Origin: Candidatus Dojkabacteria bacterium
GTDB taxonomy: Bacteria > Patescibacteriota > Dojkabacteria > J137
Length of the DNA: 64,000 nt
Reading direction: 5' to 3'
Assembly (NCBI GenBank): GCA_025999215.1
Contig: AP024679.1
Coordinates: forward strand, 357,645-421,644
In this document: piece after piece, positions 49,925 through 59,176 of the stretch
Position numbering within the stretch: position 1 is the stretch's first letter
How the letters are laid out: every line of letters starts with the position of its first letter
Notes under the pieces: generated by a model
Seen by the model: only the letters and a program-made list of their open reading frames with translations
Told to the model about the DNA's origin: nothing
The model's database searches: none
Position numbers and translations under genes: made by a program

Positions 49925-50468
49925 AAAAGCTTTTTCATTGTTAGAAATAATTGTAGTTTTGGGGATTACCGCTGCAGTTATGAGCGGTGGGGTTTTGGCG
50001 TTGATCAGGTTTCAAGATTCAGCTGAATTTAATAGATATTTTTCTGATACTGTTTCTTTGATTAAGACAACTCAAAATCGCTCATACAATGGTGTTTTAA
50101 GTCAGACCAAATCGCTAGCTCTTGGTGGAAATGCGCTAGAATCAGTACCAGAATACTATGCAATTATCATTGATGAGAATGATGATTCGATTGGTCTTTA
50201 TTATTGTGATGAAACATTGACTGGTATTTTATCGTGTTTTCGAGAACAAGAAATTTTAGTAATTGATTTTCCAAGTGATATTCAAGTTAGTAGTACTGGG
50301 TGTAGTGGTGTTGGGTTTAAAACTTTAAATCCAGATATAATTTTAATAAATTCTAATGGGACTTTTACAACCAACGGAGTGTGTGAAATCACCTTGACAC
50401 ATACTAACCTAAATCGAAATAATACTTTAGAATTTAATGCAGATAACAATGTTTTTGAACTTAATTAA
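49890..50468 (+). CDS. Minor (pseudo)pilin with prepilin-type N-terminus
   Basis: IKKAFSLLEIIVVLGITAAV N-terminus (G-F-S-L-L-E). Confidence 0.6.
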   Translation: MLQIYFCMVYIKKAFSLLEIIVVLGITAAVMSGGVLALIRFQDSAEFNRYFSDTVSLIKTTQNRSYNGVLSQTKSLALGGNALESVPEYYAIIIDENDDSIGLYYCDETLTGILSCFREQEILVIDFPSDIQVSSTGCSGVGFKTLNPDIILINSNGTFTTNGVCEITLTHTNLNRNNTLEFNADNNVFELN

Positions 50469-50988
50469 ATTAAAAATAAAGAATCAAAAATTGAAGAAAG
50501 CATCAAGTCTGGTCGAGGTTTTAATCATTTTGAGCATTATCTCAACTACTGTAATTGCATCAACAACAATTGCAGTTAATTCTCAAAAGTCTCTCATACG
50601 CAATGAAAGAGAGGAGGTAGTTAATGCAAGCATAATTGCGGGGTTAGAAATTGTTAAAAGTCCTACCAATGTTTTAGTTTTGGGTGATCCAATTAATCCT
50701 GGCTCTTCTAAAGTGTATAGATTAACAAAACAAACAAATCCTGACAGGTATGTGTTAGAGGAAAGATCTGAAGAATTACAAAACTGTACAAATAATAGCC
50801 CTTTTCAAGTATCCATTGATAATTTGGGGCAAGAAGTAAATTTTCCGTTATGTTTGAGCGTTACAATTACTAGACAACAGGGACAAGAAAGTTACTTGGT
50901 TACCGTCAAAGCAGTTTATCAAAATGCTAGCACACAAGATACAAAGACTTTAATTGGTTATAGAAATGATGAATTTACTTTTATTTAA
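50437..50988 (+). CDS. Minor (pseudo)pilin with prepilin-type N-terminus
   Basis: KKASSLVEVLIILSIISTTVIA N-terminus. Confidence 0.6.
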   Translation: MQITMFLNLIKLKIKNQKLKKASSLVEVLIILSIISTTVIASTTIAVNSQKSLIRNEREEVVNASIIAGLEIVKSPTNVLVLGDPINPGSSKVYRLTKQTNPDRYVLEERSEELQNCTNNSPFQVSIDNLGQEVNFPLCLSVTITRQQGQESYLVTVKAVYQNASTQDTKTLIGYRNDEFTFI

Positions 50989-51490
50989 AACAAAAAAAGG
51001 CTACTCCTTAGTTGAGGTGGTCGTTAGCTTAGCAATAATTGCTATTATTATAACTATATTGTTTAACACTGTTTTGATAACTATTAGAATTAGTTATAAA
51101 AATTTTGCAAGAAGTTTAATCCGTGAAGAGTTGTCCGAAATATCAACTTTGATATCAAGGGATGTCCGAAATGCTGACCAAATTCTATCGTGTACTGGTA
51201 GCGCTTGTGAGATGGTCAGAGATGGTGTTATTATTCGTTGGACTCTTTGCGATTCTGTTTCTGTTTGTAGACAAGAGTCTCAAGATGGTATAAATTATGT
51301 TAATTTGTATCAAACTTTAGATTTTATAATTATAAATTTATTAAATTTTGAGAATGGTTTTGGTGTTGATGAAAATTTAGCCCAGAGAAATATAGTTTTT
51401 ACTATGGTAGCTGAGCATTCAAATCCAGATTTAAGTATTTCAAATGTTATAAGACAACAAAGTGTATCAACTAGAAACTTTAGCCGCTAA
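50954..51490 (+). CDS. Minor (pseudo)pilin with prepilin-type N-terminus
   Basis: KKGYSLVEVVVSLAIIAIIITILF N-terminus; contains two GTCCGAAAT motifs 38 nt apart. Confidence 0.6.
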   Translation: MVIEMMNLLLFKTKKGYSLVEVVVSLAIIAIIITILFNTVLITIRISYKNFARSLIREELSEISTLISRDVRNADQILSCTGSACEMVRDGVIIRWTLCDSVSVCRQESQDGINYVNLYQTLDFIIINLLNFENGFGVDENLAQRNIVFTMVAEHSNPDLSISNVIRQQSVSTRNFSR

Positions 51491-52352
51491 AAAAAATGCT
51501 CAAATAATGTTAATTACCTTAATGGTTTTAGTTATTTTGGGGGTAATTATAAGTGGAATTGTAATTATTTTACAAAGTGATACCAGTCAAACTGTATCAA
51601 ATGAAAAATACGAACAGTTGTATAATAATGCCGAAGAGAACTTGAAAAAAATCGCTAAAGATTACGCTGCTTACACAGTATCTTTATCTTCAATTCCCAC
51701 TAATTTTACGGAATGTGTAGAACAAATTGCTGGCATAAAATATCAATGTCAATTCAATGATTCACAATTTACCACCATTTCCGTTTCAAACACTACCCAA
51801 ATAGAAGAGTCTAAGGTGGTTAGTGATTATGAAATTAAAAAAGATGAAATGTTTACAATTAATTTAAATAATTATAAAAATGAAATTATTTTTAAATGGG
51901 ATCGTGACTCTGCAATTGAGTTAGGTTTATTATTTCAAGATTCTGCGGGACAATATAGAATAGTTAAAGATGTTTTTGATCCCACAAATTTATTTAGCAG
52001 TGGGACCGTTAATCCACATTCATTTAATTTTAGTCCAATAAGCGGAGAGGATCCTAATAAAAGTTTTTCTATCGATTTATCTAGCGTATCTAGTGTAGGT
52101 TCGACAGACAATTTATTGTATCTTACTGTAACACCAAGAATGAGAGATACTTTTGGGAGTATTAGAATAAATATTGAACCCCTTGATCCTTCAACTTTTC
52201 CATATCAGGTACGAATTATTACTTCTTCCTCACTTGATCAAAATGATGGACAAAGCCCAGTTGTAAAACTACAAACTCAAATACCGCTCACTCCGCAAAT
52301 AGATTCAATATTTGACTACTCTCTTTTGTCAAATGGAGATATAGGTTTATAG
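51462..52352 (+). CDS. PilX-like minor pilin / pilus tip-associated protein (no Glu5)
   Basis: Hydrophobic N-terminal helix AQIMLITLMVLVILGVIISGIVIIL without the conserved Glu, as in PilX-N-terminal-domain proteins; located in the pilin block. Confidence 0.4.
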   Translation: MYQLETLAAKKNAQIMLITLMVLVILGVIISGIVIILQSDTSQTVSNEKYEQLYNNAEENLKKIAKDYAAYTVSLSSIPTNFTECVEQIAGIKYQCQFNDSQFTTISVSNTTQIEESKVVSDYEIKKDEMFTINLNNYKNEIIFKWDRDSAIELGLLFQDSAGQYRIVKDVFDPTNLFSSGTVNPHSFNFSPISGEDPNKSFSIDLSSVSSVGSTDNLLYLTVTPRMRDTFGSIRINIEPLDPSTFPYQVRIITSSSLDQNDGQSPVVKLQTQIPLTPQIDSIFDYSLLSNGDIGL

Positions 52353-52404
52353 AAATTGTAATTATTAAAATTTTAAATTATCATTAAATAGTTTATATTA
52401 AAAT

Positions 52405-53442
52405 TTGTTTATGGCACAGTTACCAGATTTTTTCGGACTAGATTTAGGACATAATTCCTTTAAGATGATTGATTTAAAGCTTAAAAATAATAAGGCAGAG
52501 CTTGAAAATTTACATGTAGCAAAAGCGCAGGAATTAGATTGGAATAATATGGACGCGTCTACCATCAAAAAGGTTTCTGAAATTTTAAGTAGTGAAATTA
52601 AAAAATCAAAAATTAAGGCTAAAAATTGTGTTTTATCTCTTCCAGAATCTTCAGTATTTTCTCGATTAATTAGGCTTCCAAAAGTCAAAGATGATGAAGT
52701 TTCAGAATCAATTCAGTGGGCTATCAAGCCTTTAATACCTGTAGATATAAATGATGTAAATATTTCTTTTTTGGAAATTGACACTGTGAATGAAGACAAG
52801 CAGGAATTTATAAATTGGTATGTAGTAGCTGCACCTAAAAAATTAGTTGAAAAGATTGTTGATACAATTGAGGGGGCTGGATTGAGGCTTTTGGCAATTG
52901 AGACTGAAGCCCTAGCCATAACGCGATCGGTTTACTTTAATCATTCTCCAAAAAGCGATGTGATAATAATAGATTTTGGTGCTAAAAGTACTAATGTCAT
53001 ACTCTCTAGAAATGGAGTTGTTATGTTTGCTCAAACAATTAATACAGGATCAGACGATTTGACAAAAGTAATAGCTTCTGATTACGGTATTGATATTGAA
53101 ATTGCAGAAAAATATAAAAACTCGTTTGGTATTGATAAAACTTTAGGGGAGGGAAAAATTGCAAGTTCAATTGAACCTGTAATGAATGTAATGATAAGTG
53201 AAATTTCTCGGGCTTTGACTTATTTTCGCGAAAGAATAAGCGATAAACCAGCAAATGAAATATACCTAACTGGAGGAGGTGCGAGTTTGCCTGGATTAGA
53301 GTCATATGTCACAAGTAAAATTGGTCTTCAGGCAAAGCTTGTTAATCCGTTTTTAAATATAGATTTGAAAAATAAAAAGCTTGAAAACATGAATATAAAT
53401 AGCTTTAGTGTTGCAGTTGGATTAGCTTTAAAAACTAGTTAG
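52405..53442 (+). CDS. pilM: Type IV pilus assembly protein PilM (actin-like ATPase fold)
   Basis: FFGLDLGHNSFKMIDL N-terminus and actin/FtsA-like phosphate motifs (IIIDFGAKSTNV; YLTGGGASLPGL). Confidence 0.85.
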   Translation: MFMAQLPDFFGLDLGHNSFKMIDLKLKNNKAELENLHVAKAQELDWNNMDASTIKKVSEILSSEIKKSKIKAKNCVLSLPESSVFSRLIRLPKVKDDEVSESIQWAIKPLIPVDINDVNISFLEIDTVNEDKQEFINWYVVAAPKKLVEKIVDTIEGAGLRLLAIETEALAITRSVYFNHSPKSDVIIIDFGAKSTNVILSRNGVVMFAQTINTGSDDLTKVIASDYGIDIEIAEKYKNSFGIDKTLGEGKIASSIEPVMNVMISEISRALTYFRERISDKPANEIYLTGGGASLPGLESYVTSKIGLQAKLVNPFLNIDLKNKKLENMNINSFSVAVGLALKTS

Positions 53443-53443
53443 T

Positions 53444-54016
53444 ATGAGTAATAAAGGGAAGCAATTATTTAAATTTAACTTAATACCTCCAAAATCAAAA
53501 CAAGAGCAGGAGGTTTTAGCTGAACGAGATAACTCCCTACTATATTCAGTCTTTTTAATTTTCTTTGTTTCTTTTGTGTACTTTTTAATGACTGTTGTCG
53601 ATACCTTTGTGATAATTCCTCGTATACAAAATTTGGATAAAAGTATAGCGCAACAAACAAGTCAAATTAAAACATATGATTTTGTTAGAGAATTGAAAGG
53701 CGAATTATTTGTTAAAGCTCAGGTTTTGGAACCACTATTGGAACTAGATATTGAAGCAATTGAGTTGTTAAGGAATTCAGATTTAATTTTAACTGAAGTT
53801 TCAAATGCTCAAATTGTAGCTTATGAAAGAGAACCTGATGGTACCTTTGTTATTACCGTGATAGTTGATAGCTATGAAGATTCAAAAAAAATACTTGATA
53901 ATGCATTAAACAATTCGAACCTTGATGAAGTTTTTTTAAGGCAGGCGCGATATCAAGATAATAATGCGACTGTAAGAGTAACTTTGGCATTTGTTATAAA
54001 ATCTGATCTAAAATGA
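53444..54016 (+). CDS. pilN: PilN-like bitopic pilus assembly protein
   Basis: Single TM after a short cytoplasmic N-terminus, immediately downstream of pilM with the stop and start adjacent. Confidence 0.55.
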   Translation: MSNKGKQLFKFNLIPPKSKQEQEVLAERDNSLLYSVFLIFFVSFVYFLMTVVDTFVIIPRIQNLDKSIAQQTSQIKTYDFVRELKGELFVKAQVLEPLLELDIEAIELLRNSDLILTEVSNAQIVAYEREPDGTFVITVIVDSYEDSKKILDNALNNSNLDEVFLRQARYQDNNATVRVTLAFVIKSDLK

Positions 54017-54747
54017 ACGATTTTATTGTAAAACCAAAAACTAAAAAACAACAACAACGAGAAGAGATTATTAAAAATTTGAAGCTTTTTGTTTTACCTT
54101 TGTTTACATTTTTGGTATTCATTGCAATATTATTTTTCTTTGTCATACCAAAGTTACAGATTTTGTTTGAACATGCGGAAGAGATAAATATAAAAAATCA
54201 AGAAATTAAGAAAAATAATGAAGAATTGGCGGATTTAGATTCCGTTTTTCAGCAAGTGCCAGTTATTGAAAACCAACTTTCTGAAGTTGAAGAAATAGCA
54301 AGTTCAGGAGATACTAAAATTGTTGAGTATAGAAACAGAGTTGTAAAGCTTGCCCAAGATAATGGTTTGGTGGTTAAATCTGAACGATTGAACGAAGTTG
54401 TTGAGGCAAGAATACCGGATGATTTAAGTCAAACTAATTTTATATCAAGGTTGGGCTTACAAGAAGTTCCAGCATTTTTTGAATTTAGAGGTTCTTTAAA
54501 TAACTTAAAAGAGTTTTTAACAGAATTAGATACTCTACCCGACTTTGTAATAATAAAAGAACTTGACTTTAATATTGCTAATGCCAGTGAAGTTAATTTT
54601 AGAGATCAGGAATGGGCTTTGGAAATTCAGCTTGTAAAATATCAATTTAGAGTGAAAGATGAAGAGTTAAAAGATCTCTACAGAAACATACCAATCAATG
54701 TTCAAATTAATGATAGAATCATTGAATATTTAACAAATAGAAGTTAG
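54013..54747 (+). CDS. pilO: PilO-like bitopic pilus assembly protein
   Basis: Single TM plus coiled-coil, overlapping the stop of the PilN-like gene by 4 nt; conserved pilMNO order. Confidence 0.5.
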   Translation: MNDFIVKPKTKKQQQREEIIKNLKLFVLPLFTFLVFIAILFFFVIPKLQILFEHAEEINIKNQEIKKNNEELADLDSVFQQVPVIENQLSEVEEIASSGDTKIVEYRNRVVKLAQDNGLVVKSERLNEVVEARIPDDLSQTNFISRLGLQEVPAFFEFRGSLNNLKEFLTELDTLPDFVIIKELDFNIANASEVNFRDQEWALEIQLVKYQFRVKDEELKDLYRNIPINVQINDRIIEYLTNRS

Positions 54748-54757
54748 ATAGAAAAAA

Positions 54758-55129
54758 TTATGATTGTGAGTTAGCGTTTTCTGAAGCTTCTACTTCCTCT
54801 GTTTTTTGTTCTTGAACATCATTAGTTTCACTTTTCTGCTTTCGTTCTTGAGATTTTTTCCCTGGTTCTTTTTTGAAAGTTTTAGTTGGTAGAGGCTCGA
54901 TCAATCCTTTTTTAGCTAACATTCTATGTACAGTATCTGAAGGTTTTGCGCCCACAGATAGCCAATATTTAATCCTATCTTCTTTTAAAAGAATTTCTTT
55001 AGTGTGAGGATTGTAGCTTCCTAGATACTCAATTGCTTTAGAGTCTCTAGCATATCTGCTATCAATAGCAACAATTCTATAAGTTGCATAATTCTTTCTT
55101 CCTGTTCTTGTTAATCTAATTGCTACCAT
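54758..55129 (-). CDS. rpsP: 30S ribosomal protein S16 with charged C-terminal extension
   Basis: MVAIRLTRTGRKNYATYRIVAIDSRYARDSKAIEYLGSYNP is the S16 signature. Confidence 0.9.
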   Translation of the reverse strand: MVAIRLTRTGRKNYATYRIVAIDSRYARDSKAIEYLGSYNPHTKEILLKEDRIKYWLSVGAKPSDTVHRMLAKKGLIEPLPTKTFKKEPGKKSQERKQKSETNDVQEQKTEEVEASENANSQS

Positions 55130-55182
55130 ATTTTTGTAATTAAACTTTATTATTCTATCAGAAAAAACAAATTAAAACAATA

Positions 55183-55899
55183 TTAATCATTAAAAAATTT
55201 TTTATATAAATCATCCCAATTGTTTAGAGCTTTGGTTGCTGCGTCTTGTTCTGCCTCTTGCTTACTTTTTCCTTTTCCTGTAGCAAAAATATAATCACCA
55301 ATTTTGACAGCCATTTCAAAAACTTTGTTGTGATCAGGTCCGCTTGCTGATACTAGTTCATACGTTGGTGTAATTTTTGTAACTTCCTGAGAAAGTTCTT
55401 GTAATTTGGATTTTGAATCAATATCAAGTCTTTTATTAATAATTTTTTCAATTTTATAGCAAATATTTTTAATTATGAAGGTTTGGCAGGCTTTATACCC
55501 TTGATCTAAGTATAGAGCTCCTATCACTGCTTCTAGAGTGTTGGCTAAAATGTATGGTCGCTCTCTGCCACCTGTAGCCTCTTCTCCATTGCTCATGTAT
55601 ATAAATTTGCCAATTCCTAATCGTTTGGCTTCTTCAGCTAAACTTTCTGTTTTAACTAAAGCTGCTCTGAAGCTTGTTAAATCTCCTTCCGGATAGCTAG
55701 GATAATTTAAATATAAAAATTCAGTAGTGACTAACTCAAGCACAGCATCTCCCAAAAACTCTAGTCTTTCATTACTTTCAAAATTATTGTTTGCTTCGTT
55801 TATTATTGATTTGTGAACTAATGCTGTGTGAAACAAATCCTCTGTTTTTGGATTTATTTCTAATTTTTCAAAAAATTTTTTTAAATCATTTTTTTTCAT
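55183..55899 (-). CDS. rnc: Ribonuclease III
   Basis: RNase III signature ERLEFLGDAVLELV plus a C-terminal dsRBD. Confidence 0.9.
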   Translation of the reverse strand: MKKNDLKKFFEKLEINPKTEDLFHTALVHKSIINEANNNFESNERLEFLGDAVLELVTTEFLYLNYPSYPEGDLTSFRAALVKTESLAEEAKRLGIGKFIYMSNGEEATGGRERPYILANTLEAVIGALYLDQGYKACQTFIIKNICYKIEKIINKRLDIDSKSKLQELSQEVTKITPTYELVSASGPDHNKVFEMAVKIGDYIFATGKGKSKQEAEQDAATKALNNWDDLYKKFFND

Positions 55900-56368
55900 A
55901 TAAATTAGCTAACTTTTCTTTTAGTTCTTGTGAATCTAAAATTGAACCTAAAACACCGTTTACAAAAGCACCATTTTCTTTGGATCCCATTTCTTTTGCA
56001 AGTTCAATTGCTTCATCTATTACAACCTTTTCGGGGTTTCTTCTTTCTATAAACCCTTCATAAATGGCCATTCTTAATATGTTCAAATCCACAGGATTGA
56101 TAAGTTCTATAGGCCATGAGGGCGCTAATTTTTGAATTATTGGATCAATTTCTTTAATGTATTTAAGAGTTCCTTCTACAAGCGCTTCATATAAACTCGT
56201 ATTAAACTTTGTTTCTTCCAGTTCTGCTAGGATTGAATTAGGTTCCAAAGGGACCATGTGATCAATGACATCTGAAAATTTAGGGGCTTGAGTAACATAA
56301 AAAAGATACTGCACTGCTAGCAGTCTTGCAAGATGTCTAGGATCTTTAATTTTTTGTAAATTATTCAT
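55886..56368 (-). CDS. nusB: Transcription antitermination factor NusB
   Basis: All-helical about 160 aa with RHLARLLAVQYLF N-terminal motif. Confidence 0.75.
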   Translation of the reverse strand: MNNLQKIKDPRHLARLLAVQYLFYVTQAPKFSDVIDHMVPLEPNSILAELEETKFNTSLYEALVEGTLKYIKEIDPIIQKLAPSWPIELINPVDLNILRMAIYEGFIERRNPEKVVIDEAIELAKEMGSKENGAFVNGVLGSILDSQELKEKLANLYEKK

Positions 56369-56374
56369 TAGAAC

Positions 56375-56587
56375 TTAATTATTAATCACTTTCACCCCTT
56401 TATGTTCTGGATTTAGTTTGGTAACTCTATGCGGAGGTACTTTAACATTATTTTTAGCTTTAATTAAAAATGTCCCTCCGTATTTTCTTAATTTTTTAAA
56501 CTTTTTAAGTAATTTATCATATCGATCAGCTCCTCTTGTAGATTTTCTTTTGCTGGAGCTTCTTCTGTGTTTCATTGTTGCTGCCAT
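56375..56587 (-). CDS. Small basic protein (70 aa), function unknown; weak L27-like N-terminus
   Basis: MAATMKHRRSSSKRKSTRGADRYDKLLKKFKKLRKYGG... The KH..SS...R..D and K.L.K.GG spacing is reminiscent of the bL27 N-terminus, but the C-terminal half does not match. Co-directional with nusB at a 6-nt gap. Confidence 0.35.
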   Translation of the reverse strand: MAATMKHRRSSSKRKSTRGADRYDKLLKKFKKLRKYGGTFLIKAKNNVKVPPHRVTKLNPEHKGVKVINN

Positions 56588-56666
56588 GAGTTTTCCATTA
56601 AAATTTTATACCTCAAATTTTAGCATTGTTTTTAAAATTAGTCTAATAAATTTTTATTTTGATAAA

Positions 56667-56699
56667 AGAAGCGATGGGCGAATTTCGCCCATCGCTTCT
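56667..56699 (-). terminator. Perfect 14-bp GC-rich hairpin (agaagcgatgggcg-aattt-cgcccatcgcttct) with T-runs on both sides, between rsmD and the small basic protein gene
   Basis: Read directly from the sequence; a likely intrinsic terminator or attenuator, usable from either strand. Confidence 0.55.
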
Positions 56700-56788
56700 T
56701 TTTCTCTAGGTCCTACCCCCAACATCCTAGATTTACTACTTTATATCAAATGAGTTTTGCTTATTCATTGTATTATGACGCAAATTTT

Positions 56789-57325
56789 TTAATTTTTTTT
56801 TAGAAAGTAAATTTTGTTACTTCCCAAAGTTTTTTCAAGTATTAAAAAATATTTTGTTTGATTTAAAGATTGCGAGCTTGGCCATTTTAAAATAATTATG
56901 CCGTTAGTGTTTAAAATTTCATCAACTTCATCAAGCACTAAGGAGTTTAGATTATTAAAAGGTGGGTCAATGAAAACAATATCAAATTTTTCACTACAAT
57001 TTTTTATGAATTTTTTAAATGATGATTTGACTACTCTAAAACTATCTTGTTGTAGTTTTAATTTTTGCGCATTTTGTAAAATAATATTGGTCGCTTCACT
57101 ATCATTATCAACAAAAACACAAAAGTTAGCGCCTCTGCTCAATGCTTCAAAGCCGAAACTACCTGAACCCGCAAAAAGATCCAAAACTTGTGCATTTTTT
57201 ATTAACTCACCAAGTGTGTCAAATATAGAAGTTTTAATTCTATCGGTTACTGGTCTTGCATTTTGTGGAACTTTAAGTTTTTGGTTTTTAAACTTTCCGG
57301 AAATGATTCTTGGATTCATGAACAA
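56789..57325 (-). CDS. rsmD: 16S rRNA (guanine966-N2)-methyltransferase RsmD
   Basis: VLDLFAGSGSFGFEALSRGA (SAM motif I) and FDIVFIDPPF (DPPF/NPPY-type motif IV). Confidence 0.8.
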   Translation of the reverse strand: MFMNPRIISGKFKNQKLKVPQNARPVTDRIKTSIFDTLGELIKNAQVLDLFAGSGSFGFEALSRGANFCVFVDNDSEATNIILQNAQKLKLQQDSFRVVKSSFKKFIKNCSEKFDIVFIDPPFNNLNSLVLDEVDEILNTNGIIILKWPSSQSLNQTKYFLILEKTLGSNKIYFLKKN

Positions 57326-57771
57326 AAAATAATATGCGATATGATTATTCCCGCTGATGTTGCTACGTTTAAAGATTCTTTTTGCCCTTGCATGGGAATA
57401 TGTACCGTTCCTAAAGAATTTGTTAAAAAACTTAAAGATACACCTGTAATTTCATGTCCGAATACTATTCCCAATTTGTCCGGATATTTAAATTTATGAA
57501 ATGGCACAGAATTTTTTGTAATTTCTGCTGTAATAATTGGTATATTGAGGGATTGAAGTTTATTTATACAATCTTCATTTTGTTTAAAATATTCCCACTC
57601 TACCCATTCTGTTGCGCCTAGAGCTGTTTTTTGAAGTTTTTTGTGTGGTGGGTATGGAGTTATGCCAGTAAGAAAAATTTTTTTTACTCCTAAGCCTTCG
57701 CATGTTCTAAAAATAGCCCCTACATTCAGCGCTGATCGAATGTTGTCTAAAATTACAAAAATGTCTTTCAT
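57316..57771 (-). CDS. SpoU/TrmH-family tRNA 2'-O-methyltransferase (TrmL-like, about 150 aa)
   Basis: NVGAIFRTCEGLGV, KLGIVFGHEITG and SLNVATSAGIII SPOUT motifs; size matches TrmL. Confidence 0.7.
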   Translation of the reverse strand: MKDIFVILDNIRSALNVGAIFRTCEGLGVKKIFLTGITPYPPHKKLQKTALGATEWVEWEYFKQNEDCINKLQSLNIPIITAEITKNSVPFHKFKYPDKLGIVFGHEITGVSLSFLTNSLGTVHIPMQGQKESLNVATSAGIIISHIIFCS

Positions 57772-57778
57772 TATATTA

Positions 57779-58606
57779 TTAGAGTATTAAAATAGTAATC
57801 AAACCAATAAAAATCATATATAGGCCGAAAATTCTCAAATTGGCATGCTTTAGAAAATTTATTAAAAATTCAATAGCTAGGTAGCCTGAAACAAATGAAA
57901 TTATAACTGCACTTAGTATGATGTCAAAATCTACAGCACTGATACTTTTATAATCAGTTAGTATTTTCCAAAATATGCCACCGCCAATTGATGGTATGCT
58001 AAGTAAAAATGCAAAATCAACGGCATCTTTAGTATTTAGTCCAACCATTTTGGAGCTAACAATACTCATTCCAGACCGTGATATTCCGTAAAACAAGGCC
58101 AAACTTTGACCGATACCAACAATGAATGCTCTTTTAAATCCTAAGTTTTTGAGAGAAGTTTTCTTTGAGGGATAAAAAAATGGCGCAAAAATATAGGTAA
58201 TACCCAACGCTACAAAGGAAAAAGACAGTATCAATACTACTTCAAATGATTCCTTTTCATAAAAATTTTCAACAAATGAATCAAATAAAACGCCAACTAC
58301 GCTCACCGGGATTGAAGCGATAATTAAAAGTTTAATAATTTTTAAGTTCTCTTCCTCTTTTCTTTTTAGTTTTGATTTCAAAATAAATTTTTTAACGCTT
58401 ATCAAAAATTTCATTATTTTTTTTTGATAATAAATGATTACAGCTATAAAAGTTCCTAAGTGAAGAAAAAGATTGATTGTGTTGGCACTTTCTTTTTCTA
58501 TGTTCAGAAGTTTATAAACAAGCAACACATGACCGCTGCTGGAGACCGGGATAAACTCTGTTGCACCCTGAACAATTGCTAATATCGCTACGTCTAAAAA
58601 ATTCAT
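57779..58606 (-). CDS. uppP: Undecaprenyl-diphosphate phosphatase UppP/BacA
   Basis: IVQGATEFIPVSSSGH and SRSGMSIVSSKMVG signatures; 8 TM helices. Confidence 0.85.
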   Translation of the reverse strand: MNFLDVAILAIVQGATEFIPVSSSGHVLLVYKLLNIEKESANTINLFLHLGTFIAVIIYYQKKIMKFLISVKKFILKSKLKRKEEENLKIIKLLIIASIPVSVVGVLFDSFVENFYEKESFEVVLILSFSFVALGITYIFAPFFYPSKKTSLKNLGFKRAFIVGIGQSLALFYGISRSGMSIVSSKMVGLNTKDAVDFAFLLSIPSIGGGIFWKILTDYKSISAVDFDIILSAVIISFVSGYLAIEFLINFLKHANLRIFGLYMIFIGLITILIL

Positions 58607-58615
58607 TGTAAATTA

Positions 58616-59116
58616 TTAAAATAAATTAATTTCCTTAATACCTTGATTATATAACATTTTGGCAATTTTTTTGCTTTTTTTGATAGTTTCTAAATTATTA
58701 AGTTGTGCTATTTTTAAATTTGGAATTCCAGTTTGAAGAGTGCCATAAATTTCACCAGGACCACGATTTTCTAGGTCAAATTGAGCTATTTTCATACCGT
58801 CAGAATTTTTAGCAAAAAATTCAATTCGTGATAGTTGCTTTGGATTTAAATTGTCAGCTGTAAATAAAAAACAGTAACTTTGCTTATCACCTCGGCCTAC
58901 CCTACCTCTAATTTGATGAAGTTGAGCGAGCCCAAATCGTTCGGCATTTTGTATCACCATAATTGTTGCATTTGGCACATCTATTCCAACCTCAATAACA
59001 GAAGTTGCAACGAGTATATCGATTTTATTGTCTTTGAAATTTTTCATGATTTCTTGTTTTTCTTTTTCTTTCATTTTTCCGTGTAAAAGTCCAACTTTAA
59101 ATTGTTTAAGATTCAT
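58616..59116 (-). CDS. recG: ATP-dependent DNA helicase RecG, C-terminal helicase-C fragment (gene disrupted by frameshifts)
   Basis: LLHGKMKEKEK...ILVATSVIEVGIDVPNATIMVIQNAERFGLAQLHQIRGRVGRG are RecG motifs V and VI. Confidence 0.85.
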   Translation of the reverse strand: MNLKQFKVGLLHGKMKEKEKQEIMKNFKDNKIDILVATSVIEVGIDVPNATIMVIQNAERFGLAQLHQIRGRVGRGDKQSYCFLFTADNLNPKQLSRIEFFAKNSDGMKIAQFDLENRGPGEIYGTLQTGIPNLKIAQLNNLETIKKSKKIAKMLYNQGIKEINLF

Positions 59117-59176
59117 TGTTTAAAAAATTGAAAACTTCTTTGCTTGATTTGGCATTTAATTTTTCACTTTCTTCTA

